DNA from: Candidatus Latescibacterota bacterium
Lineage (GTDB): Bacteria > Latescibacterota > UBA2968 > UBA8231
Reading direction: 5' to 3'
NCBI GenBank assembly: GCA_964291625.2
Contig: OZ220089.1
Span: 1,344,001-1,408,000, forward strand
Length of the DNA stretch: 64,000 bases
Below the pieces are notes generated by a model. That model was not told where the DNA came from and searched no databases. It saw nothing but the letters and a program-made list of their open reading frames with translations. The position numbers and the translations under genes are program-made. Positions within the stretch are counted from its first letter, which is position 1. Each line of letters starts with the position of its first letter. This document shows, piece after piece, positions 1 through 8,655 of the stretch.

Positions 1-2407
1 CATCGGGGGAGAAGGCCGCCGAGCTGACCCATCCATAGGGGAGCAGGGCGATCTCGCGGGCGGTGGCCACATCGTAGAGCCAGAGGCCGAGGCTGGATGG
101 CACGGCCAGGCGGCGCCCGTCGGCCGAGAACGCAACCTCGGCGCCCAGACCTGCTCCCAGGCCGCCCCTTCCCAGGCGGAAGGTGGCCCAGTCGGGCAGG
201 GGCACCCCCCACCCGGGGCCATCCCACACGTCGGTCGTCGGAAGACCCGCGGGCCTCAGGGGGCCGTCGCAGGAGAGATCGGCTACCGGGGGATGGCCGG
301 TGGCATCGGCAAAGTAGCAGTTCATGTCCTGGAAGTTGTTGATCTGCTCGTGCCCAAGGGCGGCGCCGATGATCGTGTCCAGGCGGTCGTTGAAGTGCTC
401 GTTGAGGGCGCCGCGGTCTCCGGTGAACCCGGTGTGTGCGGCAAGTCGGCCGCTGCACCTGAAGCTCGGATACAACTCGGAATCGACGGCTCGGCAGCCG
501 AGGTCCAGAACGCCGTCGATCTGCCGCAGGGCGGACTCGATCTCATCCACACTCTCACTCGTGAGGATGTCCCGGGGGATGAAGTCGGCAGGGGGGAGAT
601 CCCCCAACAAATCCGTCCTGCCGATCTGATCGTCCATGAAGGCATCATAGGCCTCGGCAAGCCGGGAATCCCCCTTCCACTCTTCGAGTTGCTCGAAGTA
701 GGACCTGGAGTCGCCGCTGCGAACCAGGTCGAGCAGATCCAGCAATTCGGTACGTCGTTCCTGATACATGAAATGGAAGAAAACAGCTGCGAAGTTGTAG
801 AACACCCCGCCATCCCAGCCGGCACTGTAACGGGAGTTGAACAGGCCGGCCACACTGAGCCGGAGCTCCCGCCCGGCGCTGCCCGATACGGAGGTGCGAC
901 GCACTCGAACACCCTCCGCCTGGGTGCTGCCCATCAGGAACTCGGCCAGGCCCTCGTCGAACCATGGCCCTCCGAAGCTCAGCAGTCCGAAGCGGTCGGC
1001 CAGATAGTGGGCATACTCATGGCGGACAACCTCCTCGACGGAGTCGTTGTAGACGGTGAGATCGCCCGGACGCCTGCGGATCCAGGAAGACATCTCTCCG
1101 CTCTTGTATATGCCGCCGACGTGAATCCCCCGGGTCTCCGCGCCGATGCGGTACGACTCGAAGACCTGGTAGTCGAACCGGTTGCCGTAAATGATGGCGG
1201 TGAACACGTCCTTGCCGCCGCCGGCTGGATTGTCGGTCCCCACCAACCGGTGAAACTGGGCCTGCACCTCCTTGATCCCGTGGTACAGGGGCAGCACCTC
1301 CTCGAGGGGGTACAGGTACGTCTGAAACACCAGCGTTCCGCCGTCGAAGCTGTAGGTGTGGGGTACCGCGCCTTCGAGGATTTCCCTCTCGATCACCTCC
1401 CTGCAGATGTTCAGGCTCCCGCAGTCGACTCGGCCCTCCAATGCCTTCGCGGCCACAAGGAAGGCGCTGCTGAGGCGCTCCTGCTCGGCGACGATGGCCT
1501 TGAGCGCGGAGATCGCGGATTCCCTCGAGCTCGTCTCCTGAGCCAGACGGACCAGAACGTCGACCGCCTGGTCCAGGTACTCGATCCTCTCATGGAAGCG
1601 ATCGTCCCCATCCAAGTAGAAGAAGAAGTCATACCGGGTCACCCGCAGAATGGCCTCGATGAATCCCGGATCTTCCGCGGCGGCACTGATGAACTCCCGG
1701 TCTGAGTCCTCAAAGGCCGTGCGCACGAGTTGCAGGACGTTGATGAAGGCCCAACTCTGCGGCGACCATTCATCACTCTCCGTGACCGCCCGCTCGGCGG
1801 TGAACCCGGAGAGGACCCGCTTGACCGGAGCCAGGTGATTCTGCCGGAACCGGGCGCCATGGGCGGCATGGAAGTAGTAGTACAGGATCCAGGCCGCTTC
1901 GTCGTCGGGGTCGTAGAAGTGGTCGCTGGCGGCCAGGGCGTCAGAGGCGGCGAGGTAGGCGCGATCCGTTGCCGCGTCGAAGGGGCCCACCCCCAGGCTG
2001 GGGAAGTGCCTCATGTAGGTGTAGGCGACCTGGACGTAGCGCCAGAGCTGCAGCATGCCGGCGCTGTTGGTGCCGTCGTAGGTGACGGCCAATCGCTCGA
2101 TCTCGGACAGGACCGACCGCAGATTGCGATCGCTGTAGATGGTGGGCAGATCGTCTCTGATCGAGGGGTTCCCGGCGATCGTGATCGTGCGGTCGACACA
2201 GGGCTTCGAGGTCGTCCGCAGATAGTCGGTCAGGTCATCCCCTTCCAGAGCGGCCGGGTCCACGGACGGACAGTCCCCGGCCAGCACCTTGGAAGCGGGC
2301 CCGGGCCGCCCCCCTTCCTCCGGAAACTCGTAGACCGAGGAGTGGACCGGTCCAGCCAGGACCCGTCCGAGCAGGATTGCCGTGAGGAGTGGGGAAGAGG
2401 CGCGCAT
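1..2407 (-). CDS. Secreted M9-family collagenase-like metalloprotease fused to WD40 repeats (runs off the left edge, 3' partial)
   Basis: Not in the ORF track because its stop lies outside the window. Manual translation from ATG 2407 gives a signal-like MRASSPLLTAILLGRVLAG, GGIY, the zinc motif HEYAHYL (1021-1001) and WFDEGLAEFL. It then continues into LPDWATFRLGRG...VAFSADGRRLAV...LWLYDVATAREIALL...VSSAAFSPD (WD40). Confidence 0.85.
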   Translation of the reverse strand, partial: MRASSPLLTAILLGRVLAGPVHSSVYEFPEEGGRPGPASKVLAGDCPSVDPAALEGDDLTDYLRTTSKPCVDRTITIAGNPSIRDDLPTIYSDRNLRSVLSEIERLAVTYDGTNSAGMLQLWRYVQVAYTYMRHFPSLGVGPFDAATDRAYLAASDALAASDHFYDPDDEAAWILYYYFHAAHGARFRQNHLAPVKRVLSGFTAERAVTESDEWSPQSWAFINVLQLVRTAFEDSDREFISAAAEDPGFIEAILRVTRYDFFFYLDGDDRFHERIEYLDQAVDVLVRLAQETSSRESAISALKAIVAEQERLSSAFLVAAKALEGRVDCGSLNICREVIEREILEGAVPHTYSFDGGTLVFQTYLYPLEEVLPLYHGIKEVQAQFHRLVGTDNPAGGGKDVFTAIIYGNRFDYQVFESYRIGAETRGIHVGGIYKSGEMSSWIRRRPGDLTVYNDSVEEVVRHEYAHYLADRFGLLSFGGPWFDEGLAEFLMGSTQAEGVRVRRTSVSGSAGRELRLSVAGLFNSRYSAGWDGGVFYNFAAVFFHFMYQERRTELLDLLDLVRSGDSRSYFEQLEEWKGDSRLAEAYDAFMDDQIGRTDLLGDLPPADFIPRDILTSESVDEIESALRQIDGVLDLGCRAVDSELYPSFRCSGRLAAHTGFTGDRGALNEHFNDRLDTIIGAALGHEQINNFQDMNCYFADATGHPPVADLSCDGPLRPAGLPTTDVWDGPGWGVPLPDWATFRLGRGGLGAGLGAEVAFSADGRRLAVPSSLGLWLYDVATAREIALLPYGWVSSAAFSPD

Positions 2408-2701
2408 GTCCGGTCACTCACAGTGGGGAATTTCCCCAGCGCCGGCAACCGGAGAAATGTGTACTGACAGAGAGCTCTGATATCGGTTTCCCCATCCGCA
2501 GGTACGCCAGTTCGATACGGAGATTTCGTATCGATACGGCAGGTGCGCCGATGTGGGTCCATGCAATCTGTCGAAACAGAGGATCCTGCGGATTGCATCA
2601 TACGGGATTGCCGTATTGCCGGAGTGTCGGGACCCTCCTGTCCGTCGTCGACGGTTGTCTCCGAAGCCGTCCCGCGGATACCTCCGTCCCGGCTGTCCCC
2701 C

Positions 2702-3175
2702 CTACTCCTTCGAGAACTCGAACACCGCCGGCGCCGCCGCCTCCAGGTAGTCACGGGAGGACAGGATCAGCGAATCCGTGAGGGAGCCGGCGTTGAAGGC
2801 GATCCGGTCGTTGCGGGCGACGGAGGGATCGACGTAGAGCTCGAAGGGGGTGATCGGCTCGCCGAAGGGCGGAACCGCCCCGGGGACGAGGCCGGTCAGC
2901 TCGTGCAGCTCCTCCGGCGTGGCGAAACGCAGCTTGCGGGCGCCGAAGTGCTTGCGGATCCGGCCGGCGTCCACCCTCAGGGCGGCGCTCAGCACGAAGA
3001 GCCTGAAGGTGTCGTCCACCTTGAGCAGCAGGGCCTTGCCCCCCACGGAGATCTCCTCGCCCCGGGCCTTCGCGGACTCCTCCGAGGTGGCGGTCGGTGC
3101 GTGGTGCACCTCCCGGTAGGAGATCGAGCGGCTGTCGAGCCACTCCTTGATCGCTGCCAAGTGATCGCTCTTCAT
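2702..3175 (-). CDS. YbaK/ProX-type aminoacyl-tRNA deacylase family protein
   Basis: 157 aa; HAPTATSEESA, GKALLLK, TGLVPGAVPPFG and FNAGSLTDS motifs. Confidence 0.85.
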   Translation of the reverse strand: MKSDHLAAIKEWLDSRSISYREVHHAPTATSEESAKARGEEISVGGKALLLKVDDTFRLFVLSAALRVDAGRIRKHFGARKLRFATPEELHELTGLVPGAVPPFGEPITPFELYVDPSVARNDRIAFNAGSLTDSLILSSRDYLEAAAPAVFEFSKE

Positions 3176-3774
3176 GCCTCCTCGCCTTGTGAACGCCGCC
3201 GGTTCCGGTGCAGGGAGCCGTCCACGGCGGCGGCCATGGCCCCCCGGTCGAGCCCGCCGCCGAGGAACCCGTCGATGGCGCGGGCGGCCTCCGCGGGGTC
3301 GGCCAGGATCCGCCCTTGATCCAGCGGAAGCACATCGAAATTGGGGGCCCCTTCGAGAAACACTTCCACCTCGCGCAGATGATCGGTGAAGGCGCGGGCC
3401 ATCTCCGGCTCGGGGGCGGCGTCGGGATCCTCCCCCCGGCGCTGGAGCATCCGCCGCTGGGAGGCGAGGACCTCCTGCAGGTCCCGGTGGATGAGCAGCA
3501 CCCGGTAGCGCAGGTCCCCCGGCAGGTGGCTGAGCAGGAAGCTGATCACCTTGACCGCCTGGCCCTGGTATTCCCGCACCCAGCTCTTGTCCCCCTCCTT
3601 GTGCAGCCCCTTGACGCGCTCCACCTCGAAGTAGCCCCGGGGGTTGTCCTCGTCGGCGGCGCGGATGCCGTCGGTGGCGCAGGTCAGGCCGCCGGCGCTC
3701 AGCATCTGCATGACCATGGAGGTCCCCGACCGGGGCAGGCCCGAGACGACGACCACCGGCTCTCCCTCGCGCAC
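3172..3774 (-). CDS. Sulfotransferase family protein
   Basis: PAPS-binding loop VVSGLPRSGTSMVMQML, NPRGYFE; stop overlaps the next start (ATGA). Confidence 0.8.
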   Translation of the reverse strand: MREGEPVVVVSGLPRSGTSMVMQMLSAGGLTCATDGIRAADEDNPRGYFEVERVKGLHKEGDKSWVREYQGQAVKVISFLLSHLPGDLRYRVLLIHRDLQEVLASQRRMLQRRGEDPDAAPEPEMARAFTDHLREVEVFLEGAPNFDVLPLDQGRILADPAEAARAIDGFLGGGLDRGAMAAAVDGSLHRNRRRSQGEEA

Positions 3775-3784
3775 GGGTCCCTCG

Positions 3785-5662
3785 TCAGCGGTGGAAGTAG
3801 CGGCGCACCTGCTCCACCGGCGGCGGCGCGGTCAGCCGCGCGGCGATCCAGGTGGCCGCGAAGGAGACCAGGAGGCCGGCCAGGATCGGGTCCAGCTCCA
3901 GGGGGCGGACGGGGCGGAAGAAGCTGCCGTTGACGAAGGCGCCGGCCGCGTACAGGGCCAGGTGGGCGGCGAAGCCGGCGACCATGCCGGCCATGGCGCC
4001 GAAGGTGTTGACCCGCGGCCAGTAGAGGGCGAAGACGGTGGGCCCGAGGAAGCAGGCCGCCAGGCCGCTGCCGGTGTAGACGATGATGTCCTGCAGGAAG
4101 CGCGGCGGGTCGACGGCGCCGGCCACGGCGCCGGCCCCCACCAGCAGGGTCACGGCATAGCTGAGGACGCGGATGCGCCCCTCGGGGGCGCCGGGTCGCA
4201 GGTTGCGCTGGTAGACGTCGCGCACCAGGGCCGAGGAGATCATCAGCAGGAAGCTGTCCACCGTGGACATGACCGCGGCGAAGGGGGCCGCCACCAGCAG
4301 GCCGCCGAGCCAGGCGAGGCCGGCGTTCTCGGTGACGAAGATCACCATGGCGGGCATGATGCGGTCCGACTCGGCCTCCATCCCGGGCAGCAGCACCCGG
4401 GCGCAGCAGAAGATGATCACCAGGGGGAAGTAGATGAGGGAGTAGTAGATGGTGACGGTGGCGATCGAGTGGCGCAGGGTGCGGGCGTCGCGGAAGGCCA
4501 TGAGGCGCACGTAGTTGCCCGGCTGCCCCGTGCCCGCGATCGCCCACATGATGAAGAAGGAGACGGCCAGGCTCAGGGGCAGGAAGCCTTCGGGGTCCGC
4601 GGGGCTGGGGCCGGGACCGCTCACGTAGGTGCCGGGCTGGCCGTCGCCGTAGGCGTAGGGACGCGTCTGCGGCTGCCGGAGGCGCACCGACCCAGGGACC
4701 CACGCCGTGGCCGGGTCTTCGGCCACCTGGCGGATCTGGGACGCCGTGGTCAGCTCCACCACCTCCACCCGCAGGCGGCGCTCCCCTGCCGGCAGGCTGG
4801 CGGCCCTGGCGACGCGAAAGAGGCGGCCGCTGCCGGGATCGCCGTCGAGCCAGGCCCAGCTCCCGGCGGGGACGTGGACCTCCCCTTCGGCGGAGACGCG
4901 CTCCAGGGCCGCGGGCCCCAGCCGCGGCGGCGTCATCCGCGCCAGCTCGCCGGTGGCCCGCTCCAGTCCGCCGACCTGGTGCAGGGTCAGCGGCAGCAGG
5001 ATGACGACGCCGGCCACCATGACCACCCCCTGCATGACGTCGGTCCAGACGACGGCGTGGAAGCCGCCGTAGGTGGTGTAGAGGACGACGACGGCGCCGA
5101 AGGCGAGCAGGCAGAGGAGGTACTCGGGATCGACGCCGCCCGGTCCGAGGTGCCCTCCGAGATCCGCCGCCAGGCCGTGGAAGGCGCCGACCCCGTCGAG
5201 GAGGGTCTTGAGGATGAGGCTGCCGGCCTTGAACTGGGCCACCAGGTTGAAGGCCATGAAGAACACGATGAGGCCCGTGGCCAGCAGGCCGAAGGCGGCG
5301 GAATCGAAGCGGTCGCGGAAGACATCGGGCACGGTGATGGCGCCGGACTTGCGCGCCACCTGGTTCAGGCGCTTGCCGATGAGGCCCATCATGCAGATGG
5401 GCACCACCATGTAGCTGCCGATCCACAGGGCCAGCACCCAGCCGTGGCTGTAGATCTTGGAGGGGAAGCCGGTGAAGGAGCCGCCCGAGGCCGAGGTGGC
5501 GGCGAAGGTGAGGGCGAAGGCCCACATGCCCAGGCTGCGGCTGCCGAGGAAGTACTCGCTGAGGAACCGGCGCTGGCGCAGCAGGCGGTTGGCGACTACC
5601 GCCAGGACCAGGACCCCCGCCACGTAGAGGAGGAACGCTGTGAGGGCGCCGCCGGCGCTCAC
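3785..5662 (-). CDS. Sodium:solute symporter (PanF/PutP-like) with an inserted soluble domain
   Basis: EYFLGSRSLG, YGGFHAVVWTDVMQG and AAVMSTVDS motifs; GTG start at 5662 overlaps the DUF997 stop (GTGA). Confidence 0.9.
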   Translation of the reverse strand: MSAGGALTAFLLYVAGVLVLAVVANRLLRQRRFLSEYFLGSRSLGMWAFALTFAATSASGGSFTGFPSKIYSHGWVLALWIGSYMVVPICMMGLIGKRLNQVARKSGAITVPDVFRDRFDSAAFGLLATGLIVFFMAFNLVAQFKAGSLILKTLLDGVGAFHGLAADLGGHLGPGGVDPEYLLCLLAFGAVVVLYTTYGGFHAVVWTDVMQGVVMVAGVVILLPLTLHQVGGLERATGELARMTPPRLGPAALERVSAEGEVHVPAGSWAWLDGDPGSGRLFRVARAASLPAGERRLRVEVVELTTASQIRQVAEDPATAWVPGSVRLRQPQTRPYAYGDGQPGTYVSGPGPSPADPEGFLPLSLAVSFFIMWAIAGTGQPGNYVRLMAFRDARTLRHSIATVTIYYSLIYFPLVIIFCCARVLLPGMEAESDRIMPAMVIFVTENAGLAWLGGLLVAAPFAAVMSTVDSFLLMISSALVRDVYQRNLRPGAPEGRIRVLSYAVTLLVGAGAVAGAVDPPRFLQDIIVYTGSGLAACFLGPTVFALYWPRVNTFGAMAGMVAGFAAHLALYAAGAFVNGSFFRPVRPLELDPILAGLLVSFAATWIAARLTAPPPVEQVRRYFHR

Positions 5663-5970
5663 GGCGCGCCCTCCGGGGAGTCCCTTTCCTCCGGCTCCTC
5701 GCCGAGATCGTCGTCGCCCATCACCCGCAGGCTGAACCACAGGGCGAAGGCGGAGGCCGCCGCCCAGGGGGCGGCAACGCCCCAGAGCACCCAGCGGGGG
5801 ATGCCGGCCACCGTGTCCGTCCAGGCCGAGTCGCCGTACCCCGCCAGGTAGCAGAAGGGCACCGTCCACAGCAGCGCTGCCACCCAGACAGCGAAGATGA
5901 CGGCCGCCTCCCGGCGCGTGGAGCGGAAGGTCGGATCGAGATGGGCGCAGTCGGGGTCGCGGTGACGCAT
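5659..5970 (-). CDS. DUF997/YhdT-like small membrane protein (SSS accessory)
   Basis: FRSTRREA, two TM helices, GIPRWV and MGDDDL; typical position directly upstream of a panF-like symporter. Confidence 0.8.
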   Translation of the reverse strand: MRHRDPDCAHLDPTFRSTRREAAVIFAVWVAALLWTVPFCYLAGYGDSAWTDTVAGIPRWVLWGVAAPWAAASAFALWFSLRVMGDDDLGEEPEERDSPEGAP

Positions 5971-6028
5971 GAGAGGCCGCCGGAGCTTAGCTTTGCCGCG
6001 GTTCTTCGCGGAGGTGGCGGACCGGCAC

Positions 6029-6057
6029 AAGCTGTTGGCCCCCTCCACGGGTGTCAA
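6029..6057 (-). promoter_or_regulatory. Putative sigma70 promoter for the DUF997-SSS operon
   Basis: Minus strand TTGACA-N17-CAGCTT. Confidence 0.4.
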
Positions 6058-6214
6058 ACCCGCCGGGAGCGGTGGACATGGGCCGATCACCCCCCGGGCG
6101 CGATGAAATGGCGGGTTCACCCTTCCTGGGGCGCCGGCATGTGGCCTGGCGCGCCCGGCCCTCCGCCCGGCCCCGTGGCATCGGCTCCAACGGGAGTGAC
6201 CGAGGAGGTGGGAC

Positions 6215-7498
6215 GTGCGACGCAGAGGTTTCCTCGTCAAGACGGCAGGGGTGCTCGGCGCCGCCTCCGTGCGCACCGCCATGGGTGAGCCCTCCCCCGG
6301 TCCCGGCCGCGCACCCTCCGAACCGCCCCCGGCCGCAGACGGGGAGGCCTTCTGGACCAGCGTACGCCAGCGGTTCCCCCTCACCCGGGAGCGCATCTAC
6401 CTGAACACGGCCGGCCTGGGCCCCTCGCCCCAGGCCGTGATCGACGCCGTCCACCGCAAGACCATGGAGCTGGAGGAGATCTCGGAGACCGGGCATACGC
6501 AGGAGGTGTGGCAGGGGATCAAGGAGCGGGGGGCCCGCCTCTTCGGCTGCGACCCGGAGGAGCTCGCCTTCACCCGCAACACCACCGAGGGCGTCAACAT
6601 CGTCTGCAACGGGCTGCCCCTGGGCGCCGGCGACGAGGTGATCACCTCCACCCACGAGCACGTGGGCAACACCATCTCGTGGATCGCCCGTGCCCGCCGC
6701 GACGGGATCCGCATGCGCGTCTTCGAGCCGGCGGTGCAATCACCCGCCGAGACGGTGGACCGCATCGCCCGGCTGATCACCCCCCGCACGCGGGCGATCT
6801 CCATCTCCCACGTGACCACCACCACGGGGCAGGTCCTGCCGGTGAAGGAGATCGGCCGCCTCGCGGCCCGCCACGGCCTGTGGTACTTCATCGACGGCGC
6901 CCAGTCGGCGGGCCAGCTCGTCCTCGACGTGCGCGACATCGGCTGTCACGCCTACGCCACCAGCGGCCACAAGTGGCTCCTCGGCCCCAAGGGCACGGGG
7001 CTGCTCTACGTTGCCCGCGACGCCCTCGACGCGATCCAGGCCCGCTGGGTGGGAGCCTGGTCCAACGAGGGCCCCTTCGACATGGCCACCGGCGAGTTCG
7101 CCTTCAACCCCTCCGCCCAGCGCTACGAGTACGGCACCATGAGCACCCCCCTCTTCCACGGCCTGGGAGCGGCCATGGATTTCCTCCTCGACCTGGGCAT
7201 GGAGCGCGTCTGGCAACGCGACCAGCACCTCGGCCGGCGGCTGATCGCGGGTCTGCAGGAGGCCGGAGCCGAGGTCCTCTCCCCCCTCCAGCCGGACGAG
7301 CACAGCGCCATCGTCACCTTCCGCCTCGAGGGGGTGCCCCGGCCGGAGCTGCAGCAGCGGCTGGCCCGGGAGCACCGGATCCGCTCCCGGGGGATCTACG
7401 AGGGCGGGCTGGAGGCCGTGCGCGTCTCCCCCCACGTCTTCAGCCTGGCCGCCGACGTGGACCGCGTGGTCCAGGCGGTGCGCCAGCTTCGCGGCTGA
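6215..7498 (+). CDS. Aminotransferase class V-fold PLP enzyme with a Tat signal peptide
   Basis: MRRRGFLV Tat motif; IYLNTAG, DGAQSAG, SGHKWLLGPKGTG (PLP Lys) and RYEYGT. Confidence 0.9.
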   Translation: MRRRGFLVKTAGVLGAASVRTAMGEPSPGPGRAPSEPPPAADGEAFWTSVRQRFPLTRERIYLNTAGLGPSPQAVIDAVHRKTMELEEISETGHTQEVWQGIKERGARLFGCDPEELAFTRNTTEGVNIVCNGLPLGAGDEVITSTHEHVGNTISWIARARRDGIRMRVFEPAVQSPAETVDRIARLITPRTRAISISHVTTTTGQVLPVKEIGRLAARHGLWYFIDGAQSAGQLVLDVRDIGCHAYATSGHKWLLGPKGTGLLYVARDALDAIQARWVGAWSNEGPFDMATGEFAFNPSAQRYEYGTMSTPLFHGLGAAMDFLLDLGMERVWQRDQHLGRRLIAGLQEAGAEVLSPLQPDEHSAIVTFRLEGVPRPELQQRLAREHRIRSRGIYEGGLEAVRVSPHVFSLAADVDRVVQAVRQLRG

Positions 7499-7506
7499 AC
7501 GCACGA

Positions 7507-7536
7507 AGGCCCCGGGGACAATCGCCCCCGGGGCCT
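7507..7536. terminator. GC-rich hairpin between convergent genes (probable terminator)
   Basis: AGGCCCCGGGG-N8-CCCCGGGGCCT perfect 11-bp stem; no strong U tract. Confidence 0.6.
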
Positions 7537-7573
7537 CCGGTACTGACTGCCCTTGCCCCGCGCTCCGGCGGAA

Positions 7574-8620
7574 TCAGAACCCCAGCAGCAGCGATACCCG
7601 GTGCACGTTGTCGAGGATGCCGAACTGCGTGTACGCGTAGTCCACGGTGACGTCGTAGCTCGACCAGGGGACGTGGACGCCGAGGCCGAAGCTGGCTCCC
7701 TCCTCGGTGCGGGGCGCGTCGAAGCCGGCGCCGGTGACCTCGTCCACCTTGCTGTCCTCCACGCCGGAGTAGTTCAGCTTGTAGCCCCCACGGAGGCTCA
7801 GGTATTCCATCACCTCCACCTCGGCAGCGCTGTAGAGCAATTGCTCGCCATCCTGGGGCTTGGTGGCGTCCGAGAGCAGGGTCACCTTCACCTGGTCCGC
7901 CTGCTCGTAGACCTCGATGGCGGCCCCGACGCTGAAGGCCAGCGGCAGAGGGGCCCCGATGTTGTAGAAGGTGAGGTCGTTGCCCAGGTTGTTGATGCGC
8001 GCCCCCAGGCGGGCATTCCGGAAGCCCACGTGGTAGATGGCGCCGAAGTCGACGGCCATGGCGCTCGCGCCGACGCCATCGATCGACTGCTGCACCATCT
8101 TGCCCGTGGCTCCCAGGGCCAGCCGGTCGGTCACGTTGCGGGCCCACGTCACCTGCAGAGCCAGGTCCGAGTAGTCGTAGGAGCCCGAGCCCGTGTCGCG
8201 GAACCCGGTGTAGGTGGCGTCCAGGAAGGCCGGGACCTGGTCCCGGTCGAGGCCGCCGCCGTTGTCGATCCCGGCCAGGGAGAGGTTGATCACGCCGATC
8301 CCGAAGGTGCCCATGTCGCCGAAGTTCCGGGTGGCGCCGACGGCGTGATGGCCGAGGTCGGCGATCCACTGGTTGTAGGAGTAGGTCACCTGGCTGCGGC
8401 CCCGCGGCAGGGCGATGCCCGCCGGGTTCCAGAACATCTGCGTGGCGTCGCCGGGCACCGACGTATAGGCCGAGCCGAGGGCCACCGCCCGGGCGCCGAC
8501 ACCGATCTTGAGGAAGGCGCCGCCGGTGATGCCCGACTTGCGAACGGCCGCCTCCGACGAGTCGGCCCAGACGAGGGCGCCGAGGGCCAGCCACAACACC
8601 GCGCTCTTGTGAAGCTTCAT
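7574..8620 (-). CDS. PorV/PorQ family outer-membrane beta-barrel (T9SS shuttle-like)
   Basis: Signal peptide; FLKIGVGARAVALG..FWNPAG signature; ends in HRVSLLLGF. Confidence 0.85.
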   Translation of the reverse strand: MKLHKSAVLWLALGALVWADSSEAAVRKSGITGGAFLKIGVGARAVALGSAYTSVPGDATQMFWNPAGIALPRGRSQVTYSYNQWIADLGHHAVGATRNFGDMGTFGIGVINLSLAGIDNGGGLDRDQVPAFLDATYTGFRDTGSGSYDYSDLALQVTWARNVTDRLALGATGKMVQQSIDGVGASAMAVDFGAIYHVGFRNARLGARINNLGNDLTFYNIGAPLPLAFSVGAAIEVYEQADQVKVTLLSDATKPQDGEQLLYSAAEVEVMEYLSLRGGYKLNYSGVEDSKVDEVTGAGFDAPRTEEGASFGLGVHVPWSSYDVTVDYAYTQFGILDNVHRVSLLLGF

Positions 8621-8655
8621 CTTTCCGATCCTCCGTTCCGCATTGCCCAGTGGAG

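Noticed and set aside
293-2467. Plus-strand ORFs 293..1705 and 1730..2467
   Set aside because: In-register antisense shadows of the minus-strand collagenase gene
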